A DNA stretch of 44,571 nucleotides, from NCBI GenBank assembly GCA_910592345.1, contig CAJVPI010000185.1, positions 1 through 44,571 on the forward strand. Direction: 5' to 3'. Below the pieces are notes generated by a model. That model was given only the letters and a program-made list of their open reading frames with translations. It did no database searches and had not been told where the DNA came from. Positions within the stretch are counted from its first letter, which is position 1. Every line of letters begins with the position of its first letter. Below are positions 1-11,321 of the stretch, piece after piece. Made by a program: the position numbers and the translations under genes. The DNA is from Paraglomus brasilianum. Its lineage: Eukaryota.

Positions 1-154
1 CGAGCTTCGTATTGACCATAGTTTCAGGGTGTTTGATCAAAGTAGTGAATGGTTTTTATATCTTTAAAGACCCTAAACGCGTACTCCATAATTGGTAGTT
101 ACTGATAATCAAGACGCGTTAATAGTCAATAATCAACTTTTTGATTTATTCTAG

Positions 155-1891
155 AAAATTCTTTTGTTCTACTGGCGCAATTTTTTTCGAAACACAGTGT
201 ACATTCTGCTATGCATGCAAAGCACCGAGACCTCTCGACTGGACAACTGGCAACAAATCTTTAGATTTATTTATTATGGAAAATCATGGAGGAATATGCA
301 ACATAAAGATGATGCATACATACAATGGATTCAATATGCTCTATTGACAAAGATACAAGAGATGACATCATCACGCCATGGATGCACACATATAGCAGAT
401 TGGTTAGAAGTGGCAACAAATGAATTGACACAAGTGACACTCAAAAAGATAGTTGATGGACAGGATGCTCCGTTATTTGATTTCCATCAGGTAAATTATT
501 TTATAGTAAAACAATACAAATTCTTATTAAAGTATGTGTGTATTGCATCTTTAATCGATAATTGTGTATTGTTATAATAGCTAAATAAGGAATATCCAAA
601 AATATTAACACCAGACAACATTTGGATCATTGGTATTACTCAAGAGCCATCTACTAAAGAATATCATTTAGTATTCTACCACAAAATGCATGCAATACTG
701 GAGAGATTTATACGAGTAAATGAAAATGTGGAACATATACCATATAGTTGCTTTAGTGAATTAAAAGAAATTGGATCTGGTGGCTATGGAACAGTCTATA
801 CTGCCAAATATACAAGTTATTCAAAAGTGCACACGAGAAAACTTGTTCTCAAACGTTTCAAAAGTTTTGATCAGACACCGGAATTATTTATTTCCGAGGT
901 TAGCCACCTTTGACATTCGATCTTATTATTGAAGTAGCGTTGAACTAATTGTTTATTTTATTTAACAGTTTAGAAATCACGCCAAGTGCGCGAATAATTA
1001 TTTTCTTCAAATTTATGGAGTCACACAAGACCCAGCAACAAAAGAGTACATGATTGTCATGCAATACGCTGATAATGGCAGTCTTCTATCTTATTTGGAT
1101 CAAAATGTCAACAAGTTGACATGGGGAGCGAAGTTAAAGTGTTTGATGGATATCTTAAAGTACCTGAGTGACATTCATCTTGCAGGATTAGTGCATTGTG
1201 ATCTTCACGGAGGGAACATAGTTTTGCACGACTATTCATACAGTAAATCTGAGGCGGAAAAAAATTTTAGATTAATTACTCCACTCATATGCGATCTTGG
1301 CCTCTCCCGATCAGTGAATTCACGCGAGTCAGATTTAACAATTCAAGGTGTTTTACCTTTCATTGCACCAGAAGTTTTTCATACTGGTAAATTTAGTCAA
1401 CAATCAGACGTATATTCTTTTGGTATTATTGCGTATTTGATGGCCACTGGTGAACCACCCTTTAGAGATAGACAATTTGATAGAGATTTAGTATGTGATA
1501 TTATGGGCGGACTACGACCACCGATGCCTGATTCAGCACCAGAAGGATATAAAAAACTTGCAGCGATGTGTTGTGATGCTGATCCTGACAAGCGTCCACC
1601 TATTGACGCCCTCCTCAAGGCGTTTCAATCAAAAGGTCCAATCAAGGACGTATGGAATACCATCTATTATACTAATGTAAAACCTTTATCACGTCTCGAG
1701 AAGGAGAGTAAATACTCTAGTAAACTCTTACCTACTAGAGATTTGCCCAAACCAAGAAACAAATACGATTTTGATTCAGCTGCAGGTATGAAGACAAGCA
1801 TGGCTATGTTTTTGATATTAAAATAATGTTAATCCACAATATTAACATCGTCCATTATCTACATAAATTAGTTACCCAAAACTTTGAATAA
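155..1891 (+). CDS. Tyrosine-kinase-like (TKL) protein kinase of the expanded Glomeromycotina type; apparent frameshift near 280 (possible pseudogene); 5' end unresolved
   Basis: Predicted exons ~155-490, 581-898, 969-1786, 1872-1891 with GT-AG introns. Motifs: WTTGNKSLDLFI, GSGGYGTVY, LVLKRF, IYGVTQDPATKEYMIVMQYA, HCDLHGGN, DLGLS, GVLPFIAPE, SDVYSFG, DPDKRP. Confidence 0.88.
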
Positions 1892-4168
1892 AAGGTTTTC
1901 AAAGGTTCAATTAATTGATTTGCACTTATCTGTAGGCAGACAAGAAGCGAGAAAGTTATACATTAAAAAGTGTTTCATTTCGATTGATAAAATTTCGACG
2001 AGTTTAACTTTCCATTTGCAATGATAAACATCAACACCTTGCTTTTCGATCTTAAAACTATGCTATATACTATGCTTTAGACCGCTGTCGGAACCACCAC
2101 TTAGAATTATATTTTCACATCCCTATAACGTACAATATATCGGATCGTTTTGTTCACATCTAAAATATTGATTTTTCAACTGTATAATAAACCAAAATGG
2201 ATCAGTTTCATTGCGGAACGTTAGTTGTGAATGTTTACCAGTCTGACAACTAATGCGTTTGTACTAAATTCAATTAAACATGAAAACAATTAACTAACAT
2301 ACCAATTTAGTGTATCAATAAATTTTGCATACGTTAACGTACAATATAATTATTGTTTTGATGCGTAAATATGGGTTAGTTGGTGATTTGGGGTTCAAAT
2401 TTGTTTTGTGTGGGATCCGCAAGAAAGTCAAATCTGTACCCCGAAGGATTGTCAGTGATTCTTATAAAACGAGAAATTAGATAAATTCTTACGTTCACTA
2501 ACATCTAACTCAGGGTAATTTGTTTCCTGCATTGTCCTCAATTCTTACATGTTAGAAATTTTGCCTTTTGTCGAGCAAGAAGACATAACGTCCATCTCGC
2601 AGTTTGTTTTCTTAATTATTTTGCATTATCCTCCAAAAAAACTTAACAAAGTCACGGTTTGTATAGGTGCCATTTGAAATTTGTACATCTGCGTTTTATT
2701 GTTTATATTTTAAATTATTGTTCTACTGCTCAAGTTGGTATAGTCCAAAACGGGATACGGAGATGAAAACAAAGTCACATACCTACCGTAATAGTATAAT
2801 GATGTCATGTCTTATAAGAATTCTTTGCGGAATTCTACGACTTGACATAGAAAGCCTAATTTCTAACCACCTTTTTTCACTAAAAACGTTTAGCAGTAAT
2901 AATAATAATAATAATAATGATATACCATTACATTGCTTTAACTTTGATTGGCACTCTATGAACGCAGATCTGATGTGGCTTTATCAAAATACTATTCGAA
3001 TAAAAATGCATTCCGCAGCTGTGATCACATCTTGCGAACCAAGCGCTGAAACCATACCATAGATAATGCTTGATTACTTCTACACAAGCTTACTCATATT
3101 CTTGTCTAACCTAATAATACTATTAATATCGGAAACTGCTCTGCATTAATATGGTGTCGGTACTGCGTCGTTCTCGATTTTCGTGTATGTTAACGGACAC
3201 TTCTAAAATTCTCTCTCTCTCCTCCGATCACTTAAATGACAACAACAATTTATTTAAAGATTTTTAAGGCCTTGAGATATTGCCAGCACGAAGGTAAGGT
3301 TGTTTTAATGTCCGCTAAACATATAAATCAACAGAACTTTGAACAATTATAGCTCAACCACACGTAACATTTGTCAATACAGAAATGCTTGTATTATTCC
3401 TTGAAAAGCATTTGTGTACCGTACAATATAATCTTTTTAATTCCCGAATTTTTATTCGCCCCTTGCTAAAGGACAGAACACTTTTATGCCTTTGTCTTGA
3501 TAGGCGTGCATATTTATCATCGATTTGCAAATGATGAGTCTGTCTATTAACATTCTTCGTTCGTTTTCGCAAATTAACCTTTGATTAATTGTCTATCCGC
3601 ATTATACTAAATAACAGCCAATACAGTACGATATCCTCTCAAAAGTCTCCAGACTTTTTAGCTGATATTTTGCTTCGAGTGATAAACGTTATGACTGTTT
3701 AAAATAACGTACATATGTGGCAGACAGGCATATAAGCAAAAGGATGAATTTAAGAGACCTGGCAATTTTTGGATTTCAGTACGATCTTCAATGCGAGGCG
3801 TTAGCGAAATTCTTCAAGGTATCCGATGATTAGTTGTGAAAATAAACATATATCGTTGTGCATACAGGATATGAATACGGCATTCTATATATGAACACGC
3901 CATCGTTAGTACTAGTTGTATTTTACAGAGCGCCTGTTGTACCCATGCACTCTGATTTGATGTGGATACGATCGAATTTGCACATACAATACGTATAATG
4001 GCTGGCAAAGGATATTATAATAAGATGTTATACGAACATCTTGTGTAACAAACTAATTATAGTCCAAGGTATGTTGTGAAATGTTGGTATTTATATCAAT
4101 TGAGTATAATTATGTCTATATTTAAAATATTTGTCCGTGCCACCAATTAGGAACTTATGATTTTATCG

Positions 4169-4309
4169 CGAAAACCTAAATTGTGATAAATTGCCTTGTA
4201 TATTACATGTACTGTTTAATCAATTATCATACTCCACGAAAACCTAAATTGTGATAAAATGCCTTGTATATTACATGTACTGTTTCAATCAATTGTCATA
4301 CTCCACGAA
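4169..4309. repeat. Tandem duplication, two copies of a 68/69-bp unit
   Basis: CGAAAACCTAAATTGTGATAAA...CATACTCCA starts at 4169 and 4237, with 2 substitutions and a 1-bp indel between copies. Confidence 0.9.
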
Positions 4310-5517
4310 TATCTATATACGAATTTATGCTGACGTACTGACATATCCTTTTTTAAACTATTTGGGTCAATAATATGTAAATTTCTCCTCTTATGGAAGC
4401 AATTATCAAAATTGATCAAATCTTTTCTTAGAATAATGCACCATCCCTTGTACAAAGTATTTTACATAGCGAGTAACTGCTGCGTGAAGATCGAGATACC
4501 CATTTACAAAAATAACGCGCAGGGAATGACAGACTTTTTAGAACGATTTCGGCATCAAAGAGTATGACAGCGCGTACTGCCGTCCTTGGCACTACTTGTT
4601 TGGAATACCTTGGCTATAGCTGTTTGATCCCTGCAACTTTGTGACATGCACCTTTTGTTTTTGCAGCAAAGACTCCGCGCAGTATGTCCAAGATCAACAC
4701 AAATCTGAAAATCATCATTCATTAGGGAAAAAGCGTTCGGTTTAAAAAATGAAAACTGTAAAACGGTTTACCTGTATAAATAACTTATTAAAACCCCCAG
4801 ATTCAATATGGCAAGCATTTATATCCGTCATTCGAACTTGTCGATCGTACAAATAATTTAGGACAAAATAATTTCAACCTTCACCCCACTTGGACGGTAG
4901 CTACATTCACTTCGATCGCTGGAGCCTGTGTTTCCGTCTGTTCCGGTAAACCAAATGTTGTGCCCCACTTCGATTCAGGCGTGCTGTCGATCAAAAGGGG
5001 CAAACCATTTCATGCAGATCGGAGCATACTACTCTTTGCTGCGATCCTCAAGATGATTGTCAAACGTCTGGAGCTATTATTGCAAATCGGGTAGTAATCT
5101 GCCACATCCTTCCACAACTGGACATGCCACTATGCTATCTACGGGTAAGCATATAACTAGTAAATCTACGTTCCAGCAAATTGCCTAACAATCGTCATCT
5201 TTAGGTTCGTCCTTTCCTATTCACATCCGCCTTTTATCATAGTGGACATTCGCATACACTCCTCTTCTCCCAAGTCTCCCAAATCTCCCTGCATTTCCGC
5301 CTGAGGCTACCCGTCAAAAATAATAAAAAAAAAAGCATTAAATTAAAACATAATTGTTATTGGTAAGCAGATTTACTCTCGTCATCTACACTACCTATCA
5401 TTAAAAACATAATACCTCCAGAATATTCTACTCAATCGGATCGATCGATCGATCGGACCGCTCTTCGTTATATACTCAGCATCATATCTATTCCCACTCT
5501 CACATTTAAAACAAGCC

Positions 5518-7113
5518 ATGTCTGTCTCTCTTCTTTTCAGCGGTCGGTTTGACATTCCTGCAGAATGTCTGCAAGAGATTTTTAAATACTATCAGAATGA
5601 ACCGAATTATCTTTATACATGCCTGCAAGTTAGCAAGTGCTGGTGTCACAATGCTGTCACGCTTCTCTACAGAAATCCATTCGATAAGATTCATAAGCCA
5701 TCCGCCAAACTCATCACCACATACCTCCAATTCCTTAATGACAAGACTAAATCGTCTTTCGAAAGTCGAGGAGTACGTATTCCCCATTATTCACGACCCT
5801 TTATAATCGATTATCCCGTCTACGTACACACATTCTGCTACAAGCAATCTTATGACTCGGTCATCAACTTCCTATCGGAACATGATGTCACCAAACGACA
5901 AGTATGGGAGAAGGAGCTATTTGCCAAAGAAATCTTGGATGAAATATTCAAAATTTTTGTAATCCGCGGCGTAAACATTGATAATCTCGTGTTGGATACA
6001 GAAGATTCAAATGTATACCCGCCCAACGTCCATATGCTGCTGCCCAGATATCCCAGTGTTCCATCTTTTATGCGGCGCGTAAAAAAGTTCACATGCGGAG
6101 GGAGGTTTGAGAAGGGAGATTTGATGTGTAGAATGTCGACATTCTGCAAAGGCTTGCACACGCTGCAACTCAACTTTTATGATTATGATATGTATGATCC
6201 TCGAGACGGGGACAGAACTGAGACGAAGCGTATAGGCACGCTGATCGAGGCACAGCTTCATTTACAAAGGCTCATTGTACACGGTCCGTACCGCTTCTTG
6301 AGTAATTTGTTGCCAGCAGTAACAAGTCAATCTAACTGTCTCACTCATGTTGAATTTGTTAGAGTGGTATTTCGGGATTTTGTGCCTCTGTTCATTGTCG
6401 CTATGTGTAGTAATCTACAAACGCTCATAATGGAAGACTGTCAGAATTTGAATGACTTTATTCTTTCTCCGTTGGCAACCGCTTCGTTTACTCGACTGAA
6501 AAAATTCGTATTCATTAATCAATATCAAAAGGTGCTTGATAACTTGGTTCCAGTAGTTGCAAATACACTTGGCAGTCTGAGGGAAGTGCGATTCAGAAGA
6601 AGGTTACCTAGCAGTGCGGTAGTACGTAACGCGCCTGATATTCCTCCTGCTGTAATTGAGACTATTGCCAGTACAAGTGTCAAGCTTAAGCGTTTTGAGG
6701 GACATATTGAGCAAAAGACGATGCAGGCGTTTATGACACTGTTAATGTCATGTTTGACTTTGAAGAGGTTGACCATATCCGTTGAACATAGAGAATTCTT
6801 TACAGCGCGTGTTCCACTGCTGTTCCCGAGAAGCCTCAGATTCCTGACAATATCGTTTGCTGGGTTCTTGTCCGCGAATGAACTCGATGACTTTCTTAAC
6901 CATTGTTCCGCTCCTTTGGAAACATTACAATTGCCAGCCTCATGCTGTATTGATCACCATCACTTTCACGTGATCGTTAAACATGCACGTCGGATGGGTA
7001 CTTTGCAGCGATTGGCTCTATCTCGATATGCCAACATTTCAGAAAAGGACATTGAACAAGCTCGTGGAGTGATTAAACACATAAGTATGTGCGGGGAACA
7101 GAAGGAATGGTAA
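5518..7113 (+). CDS. F-box-like / RNI-like leucine-rich-repeat protein (single exon, 531 aa)
   Basis: N-terminal IPAECLQEIF...LYTCLQVSKCWCHNAVTLLYRNPF F-box-like motif followed by LxxLxL repeats (LHTLQL, LQRLIV, LQTLIM, LKRLTI, LETLQL). Confidence 0.88.
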   Translation: MSVSLLFSGRFDIPAECLQEIFKYYQNEPNYLYTCLQVSKCWCHNAVTLLYRNPFDKIHKPSAKLITTYLQFLNDKTKSSFESRGVRIPHYSRPFIIDYPVYVHTFCYKQSYDSVINFLSEHDVTKRQVWEKELFAKEILDEIFKIFVIRGVNIDNLVLDTEDSNVYPPNVHMLLPRYPSVPSFMRRVKKFTCGGRFEKGDLMCRMSTFCKGLHTLQLNFYDYDMYDPRDGDRTETKRIGTLIEAQLHLQRLIVHGPYRFLSNLLPAVTSQSNCLTHVEFVRVVFRDFVPLFIVAMCSNLQTLIMEDCQNLNDFILSPLATASFTRLKKFVFINQYQKVLDNLVPVVANTLGSLREVRFRRRLPSSAVVRNAPDIPPAVIETIASTSVKLKRFEGHIEQKTMQAFMTLLMSCLTLKRLTISVEHREFFTARVPLLFPRSLRFLTISFAGFLSANELDDFLNHCSAPLETLQLPASCCIDHHHFHVIVKHARRMGTLQRLALSRYANISEKDIEQARGVIKHISMCGEQKEW

Positions 7114-7556
7114 ATGGCAATTTGTCTGATAATCAGAACATTTGCGCCAGGCAACAAAGAAAAAAATGCACCATATTTGGCATTTGCAATGTGCAGCGCA
7201 TATTTCGACTTAAAGGTGTATGTATGCCCATTAGATGTAATACTTTAATATGTATTAGTAGATATACAGAATAATGAACCAATTAGCAATAATGAATAAT
7301 CAATTAATCAATTAGCAACATAATGTAGACAATCGATGCGATGTCTTTCTATCAATTTGTAAAGTTCTAGATTATATAACCCTGAATTTCAATAGACATC
7401 AATGAAACATACTCAAGAGACGGTAACCTGTATTATTTCCAATTACACCCCTCCGCTTTCATTATCTCGCTCGATTCCTCTTTTCTTTTCTTCTAATAGA
7501 CCCTTCCCCTTTGCTGCACACATATACAAGTATTTATTCATGTTTATATCTTTATA

Positions 7557-9035
7557 TTATTGTTTGGATTCGTCGTCTGGTATTAGCAGTCCTAATAATT
7601 CCATCAACACCTCACTCGACCTTGGATAGGCGTCAGAGTTACGCTGTACGTTCTTAAATCCGGATGATCTCCTCACCCGACTAAAATTCTCGACGACATA
7701 CGTCATTACAACGTCCTTCAGATCGGGCCACTTCCATGCAGCCGAGAACAGTAGCTCTGCTGCATTATTATCATTAAGATCTCTGCATAGCTTGGCCTTT
7801 GCTCGCTGTCGCAAGTCGGTAACAAGATACTTGTCCGCTATGGCAAATAGATCGAGAGCGTTCTTATGCGAGTCTTCTCGTCTGTCAAAATTCACCTTGT
7901 CGGTATAGAGAAATTTCAGCATTTCGAGAAAGGTTACATGATGAAAGTCAGTCACATCGATTACGTATTTGATGTTATTGAGTTTAGATGACTCAAGCGC
8001 CGATTCTGCATCAGGATTGCTAATGGTGGTCGTTTCGCTATTGTTGGCAATCGGCTGTTTATCGGTCGCCTTTACGCTCGCGGTAGTCGATTCGCCCGCC
8101 GCTGTGGTCGAATTTGAGTCAGTCTTCTGCAGCTCGGCCCATTTCTGCTGAAATATACGAGAAAAATAATCCGACCTTTTCACTAATATTACACTATTGG
8201 CATATATCGTAGTTCCCTGCACGTTGAATTGTACGTCTGCTGTGTCAGACTTGTTGAGGTGTTCTGTCCATGCCTCGAGCAACGCTTCAGGTATCGGTTT
8301 GCCAGGTAAAGGACCTGCTTGAGCAAGTGGTCGAAACATGGCAGAGTCGAATTCGACTCCAAGTGTAAATGCATTTGGTAATAAACTTTTCTTATAGAAT
8401 CTGTTTAGACCTGGCATAAAAAAGATATAAAATAGTCAACACTAGAGTCTTTGTATGAAACGAATGGGTGAGATAGAAGACATATTACCATGATTCATCA
8501 TAAACATACCATATCCACCCCATTTAGCACAGAAGTTGTCCATACCAATGATAAACGTCTTTACATATTGGCTTGAATAAATCGAGTGAACAGAAAGTTA
8601 GCAAGAGACCTCAATTACTTGCACCCTGCCATGGTATGGCATGCTTTTGACATTGTACGCTTACCCAGTATATTCTTGTCCACAGAGTGATTGTATTCGT
8701 AGGTAAAGTGTTGCTGACAATGTTCCTCTTCTTGACCATACACCAGCCATATGCTCTTCTTCTGCATTTGGGATAGCGCATAAGAATAGAGAGAAATAGT
8801 CTGGGTCATCTTTAAAGGACTATTCAGAAAATAGTATGAATTACTATTATATGGATATACTCACTGATAAAGAGTATAGATATCGTATACTCGAATCTAT
8901 TTTACTCACAGGAACAAACTTTAGCTGCCAAAACATGTCATCAGAGGTAGCAAATGGAGGCGAGTAAACCTCTCCGGTAATCTTGCCAACGTCGGAAAGA
9001 GTAAATTCAGAAGATCCTTTTGATCTAAGCGACAT
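7557..9035 (-). CDS. MATH-BTB (SPOP-like) Cullin-3 substrate adaptor
   Basis: Predicted exons 9035-8910, 8819-8665, ~8571-8511, ~8411-7557. MATH-like YSPPF..FWQLKFVP..YFSLFL..WGGYGLNRF; BTB ADVQFNVQGTTIYANSVILVKRSDYF..FLEMLKFLYTD..ADKYLVTDL plus a BACK-like tail. Confidence 0.88.
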
Positions 9036-9467
9036 TATGGAAAAGAACAAGTAACAAAAAACGAAAAAGATGGACGAGAGGTATTAAATTCAGTGAGCGT
9101 GGCGCCACAAACAAATTTCAGGGGTACAACCACAAAAATAGTATTCATATAATTGGAGTTCATAAATAGCTATACGCACTTGGTTAAATGTGTCCCAATG
9201 AGGAACGCATTTACTAAATGATGGTTTTTTGGTGAATAATGGCTTACTATTACTTGTCTTTATTTTGCTCTTTCCCCAACAATGGCAACGCAGAAAGGAA
9301 TGCTAATGTGGATTGTTAATTGATCGCGTACTTGGTAAACTAGTTTACTTGGTACTGCACGTATAAAGATCGACATATGTTACACGTCAATACAGTAATA
9401 AAGACTGTGCAAATTACCATTATCCATACGAATTGAAAAGAACCTACAAAGCTGTCAGCTGTTTGTT

Positions 9468-9494
9468 GCAAATAGTGCAAATAGTGCAAATAGT
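9468..9494. repeat. 9-bp tandem repeat (GCAAATAGT)x3
   Basis: Read directly in the divergent MATH-BTB / exonuclease intergenic region. Confidence 0.8.
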
Positions 9495-9804
9495 AACAAT
9501 GGTAATCATCTCACGTGATCAAGATTGTACGAACATTCTAACGATTGTATTGAATTGCCCTTGAAGATTTGCTTCGATTGTATAGCGATAGCATTCAATC
9601 TAATGCTATATTTAGATTAGTCGTAAAACAATGACATTCCTGCCATTAATCGGGTAACACAATGGCCACAGCATCAGACACTTTATTTTTCCCAAACAAA
9701 CGCATTGCAGCACTGTTCGCTGTAAATGGATCCTAATGAAACCAATTCCCTTTATAAGAGAGCGCCACCTTCTCTAGACTTCTCTCCCGCAGACACATCA
9801 GACC

Positions 9805-11070
9805 ATGAGGAAAGTACGTAATATTCAAATCGATCAGTTGTATGTCTTTAAATACATTCTTTTAACCCTATTATTTATTAACGTTCTAAAAGAGTAGAAG
9901 AACTGCTAGGTAAGAGCATATGCGTTTCATTACTGTTTACCCGTATTGTTTCACTCTCTTTTTTATACCTACGCTCTTGTTATCCTTTCATTCACTGCAT
10001 AGGTCCAACGTCCAACGAGTAAACCCGCATTTTGAAACTACAAGTCAATGGTTTAAATATCTAAACGAAAATCGCAAACCAAGGTCCTAGAGCAGTATAT
10101 TCAATCTCATCGTGTCGGGCCTATGCTGTCATTTTATTCTGATAATTTTGACTTTTGCAGAAAGGATTGCGTTGCCATAGACTGTGAGATGGTCGGTGCT
10201 GGTGACGGAGGGCTCGATAATGAATTAGCACGTGTGAGCATTGTTGATTACGGTGGAAAAGTAATTATGGATACATTTGTAAAGCCACGAAAACCTGTTA
10301 CTGATTACAGAACGGCTGTTAGTGGAGTTCATCCGGAAGATTTAAAAGATGGTAAAATAATATTGAGTTACTGTATATTAATATGCAAAATGTTTGATTC
10401 CAAGATGGCATTACATCACGTTTTCGTATGTTCACATAACCGGGGCCAGCTCCAGATTTTAAGACCGTACAGAACCAAGTGAAACGAACCCTCAAGGGCA
10501 AGTTTGTCGTTGGACACTCGCTCTATTTCGATTTTAGGGTAGGGTAAAACAACATTCAGTGTATGGATACAAAAGTAAACTGTGATATGCATTGATAATT
10601 TTATTCTTTTTCCAGTCCCTGAAAATATTTTGTCCAAAAGAACTCAAGAGAGATACTGCTTTGTACCCTGTAATCAGGGCAATGTGGAATGGGAGCTCAC
10701 CATCACTGAAGAATCTTGCCTTCTTTGTATTTGGGATACAAATTCAAGATGGCATACACGATTCGGTAATGATACTTCATATATTCTTTGATAGAACAAA
10801 AGTCACAGTTATTACTTAAACTCAACGTTTATTATACAATAGGTTGAAGATGCAATGGCCTCAATGATTGTTTATAGACATTATGAAATTCAATGGGAAG
10901 AATATATACTTCTTCAAGGATCAAAAGCCGTTTTCGAAGAGCAGATCTTTTGTTATTACTGTAGACGTAACGGTCATATGAAATATGACTGTGATGCTTG
11001 GAAGAAGAACCAGTTAAGACGGCTAGCGAAACAAGAATCATCGTCAGAAAACCAAGAATCCTCAACTTGA
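9805..11070 (+). CDS. REX4/ISG20-like DEDDh 3'-5' RNA exonuclease with C-terminal CCHC zinc knuckle
   Basis: About 7 predicted exons. VAIDCEMVG (ExoI), LARVSIVD, VTDYRTAVSG, VVGHSLYFDF (ExoII), RDTA, PSLKNLA, HDSVEDA (ExoIII), then CYYCRRNGHMKYDC. Confidence 0.88.
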
Positions 11071-11321
11071 ACTGCGTGTAATAAAGTATTCTAGTAAATT
11101 TACGCAAGAAGCATTTTGCAAATTGGTTTGGCAACTCTGACAGAAATTCTATGAATGTATATTATATATTATTTATATTACTATATAGCTTGCAGTGTAT
11201 GATATGATAAATGGAACAATAAAAAGGCTACGTATATATATAGCCTGGAATTAGTTTTTCTCTCAGAGAGTATACTCATCGTTACTTATACTTGACGTAT
11301 TTATAGTTAATATGTCTCATC

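Noticed and set aside
2667..4008. ORFs 2667-3062, 3354-3572 and 3814-4008
   Set aside because: Non-ATG starts, no recognisable motifs, and one spans an (AAT)n tract; not supportable as genes.
5437..5460. (GATC)n palindromic run upstream of the F-box gene
   Set aside because: Simple short tetranucleotide repeat with no evidence of function.
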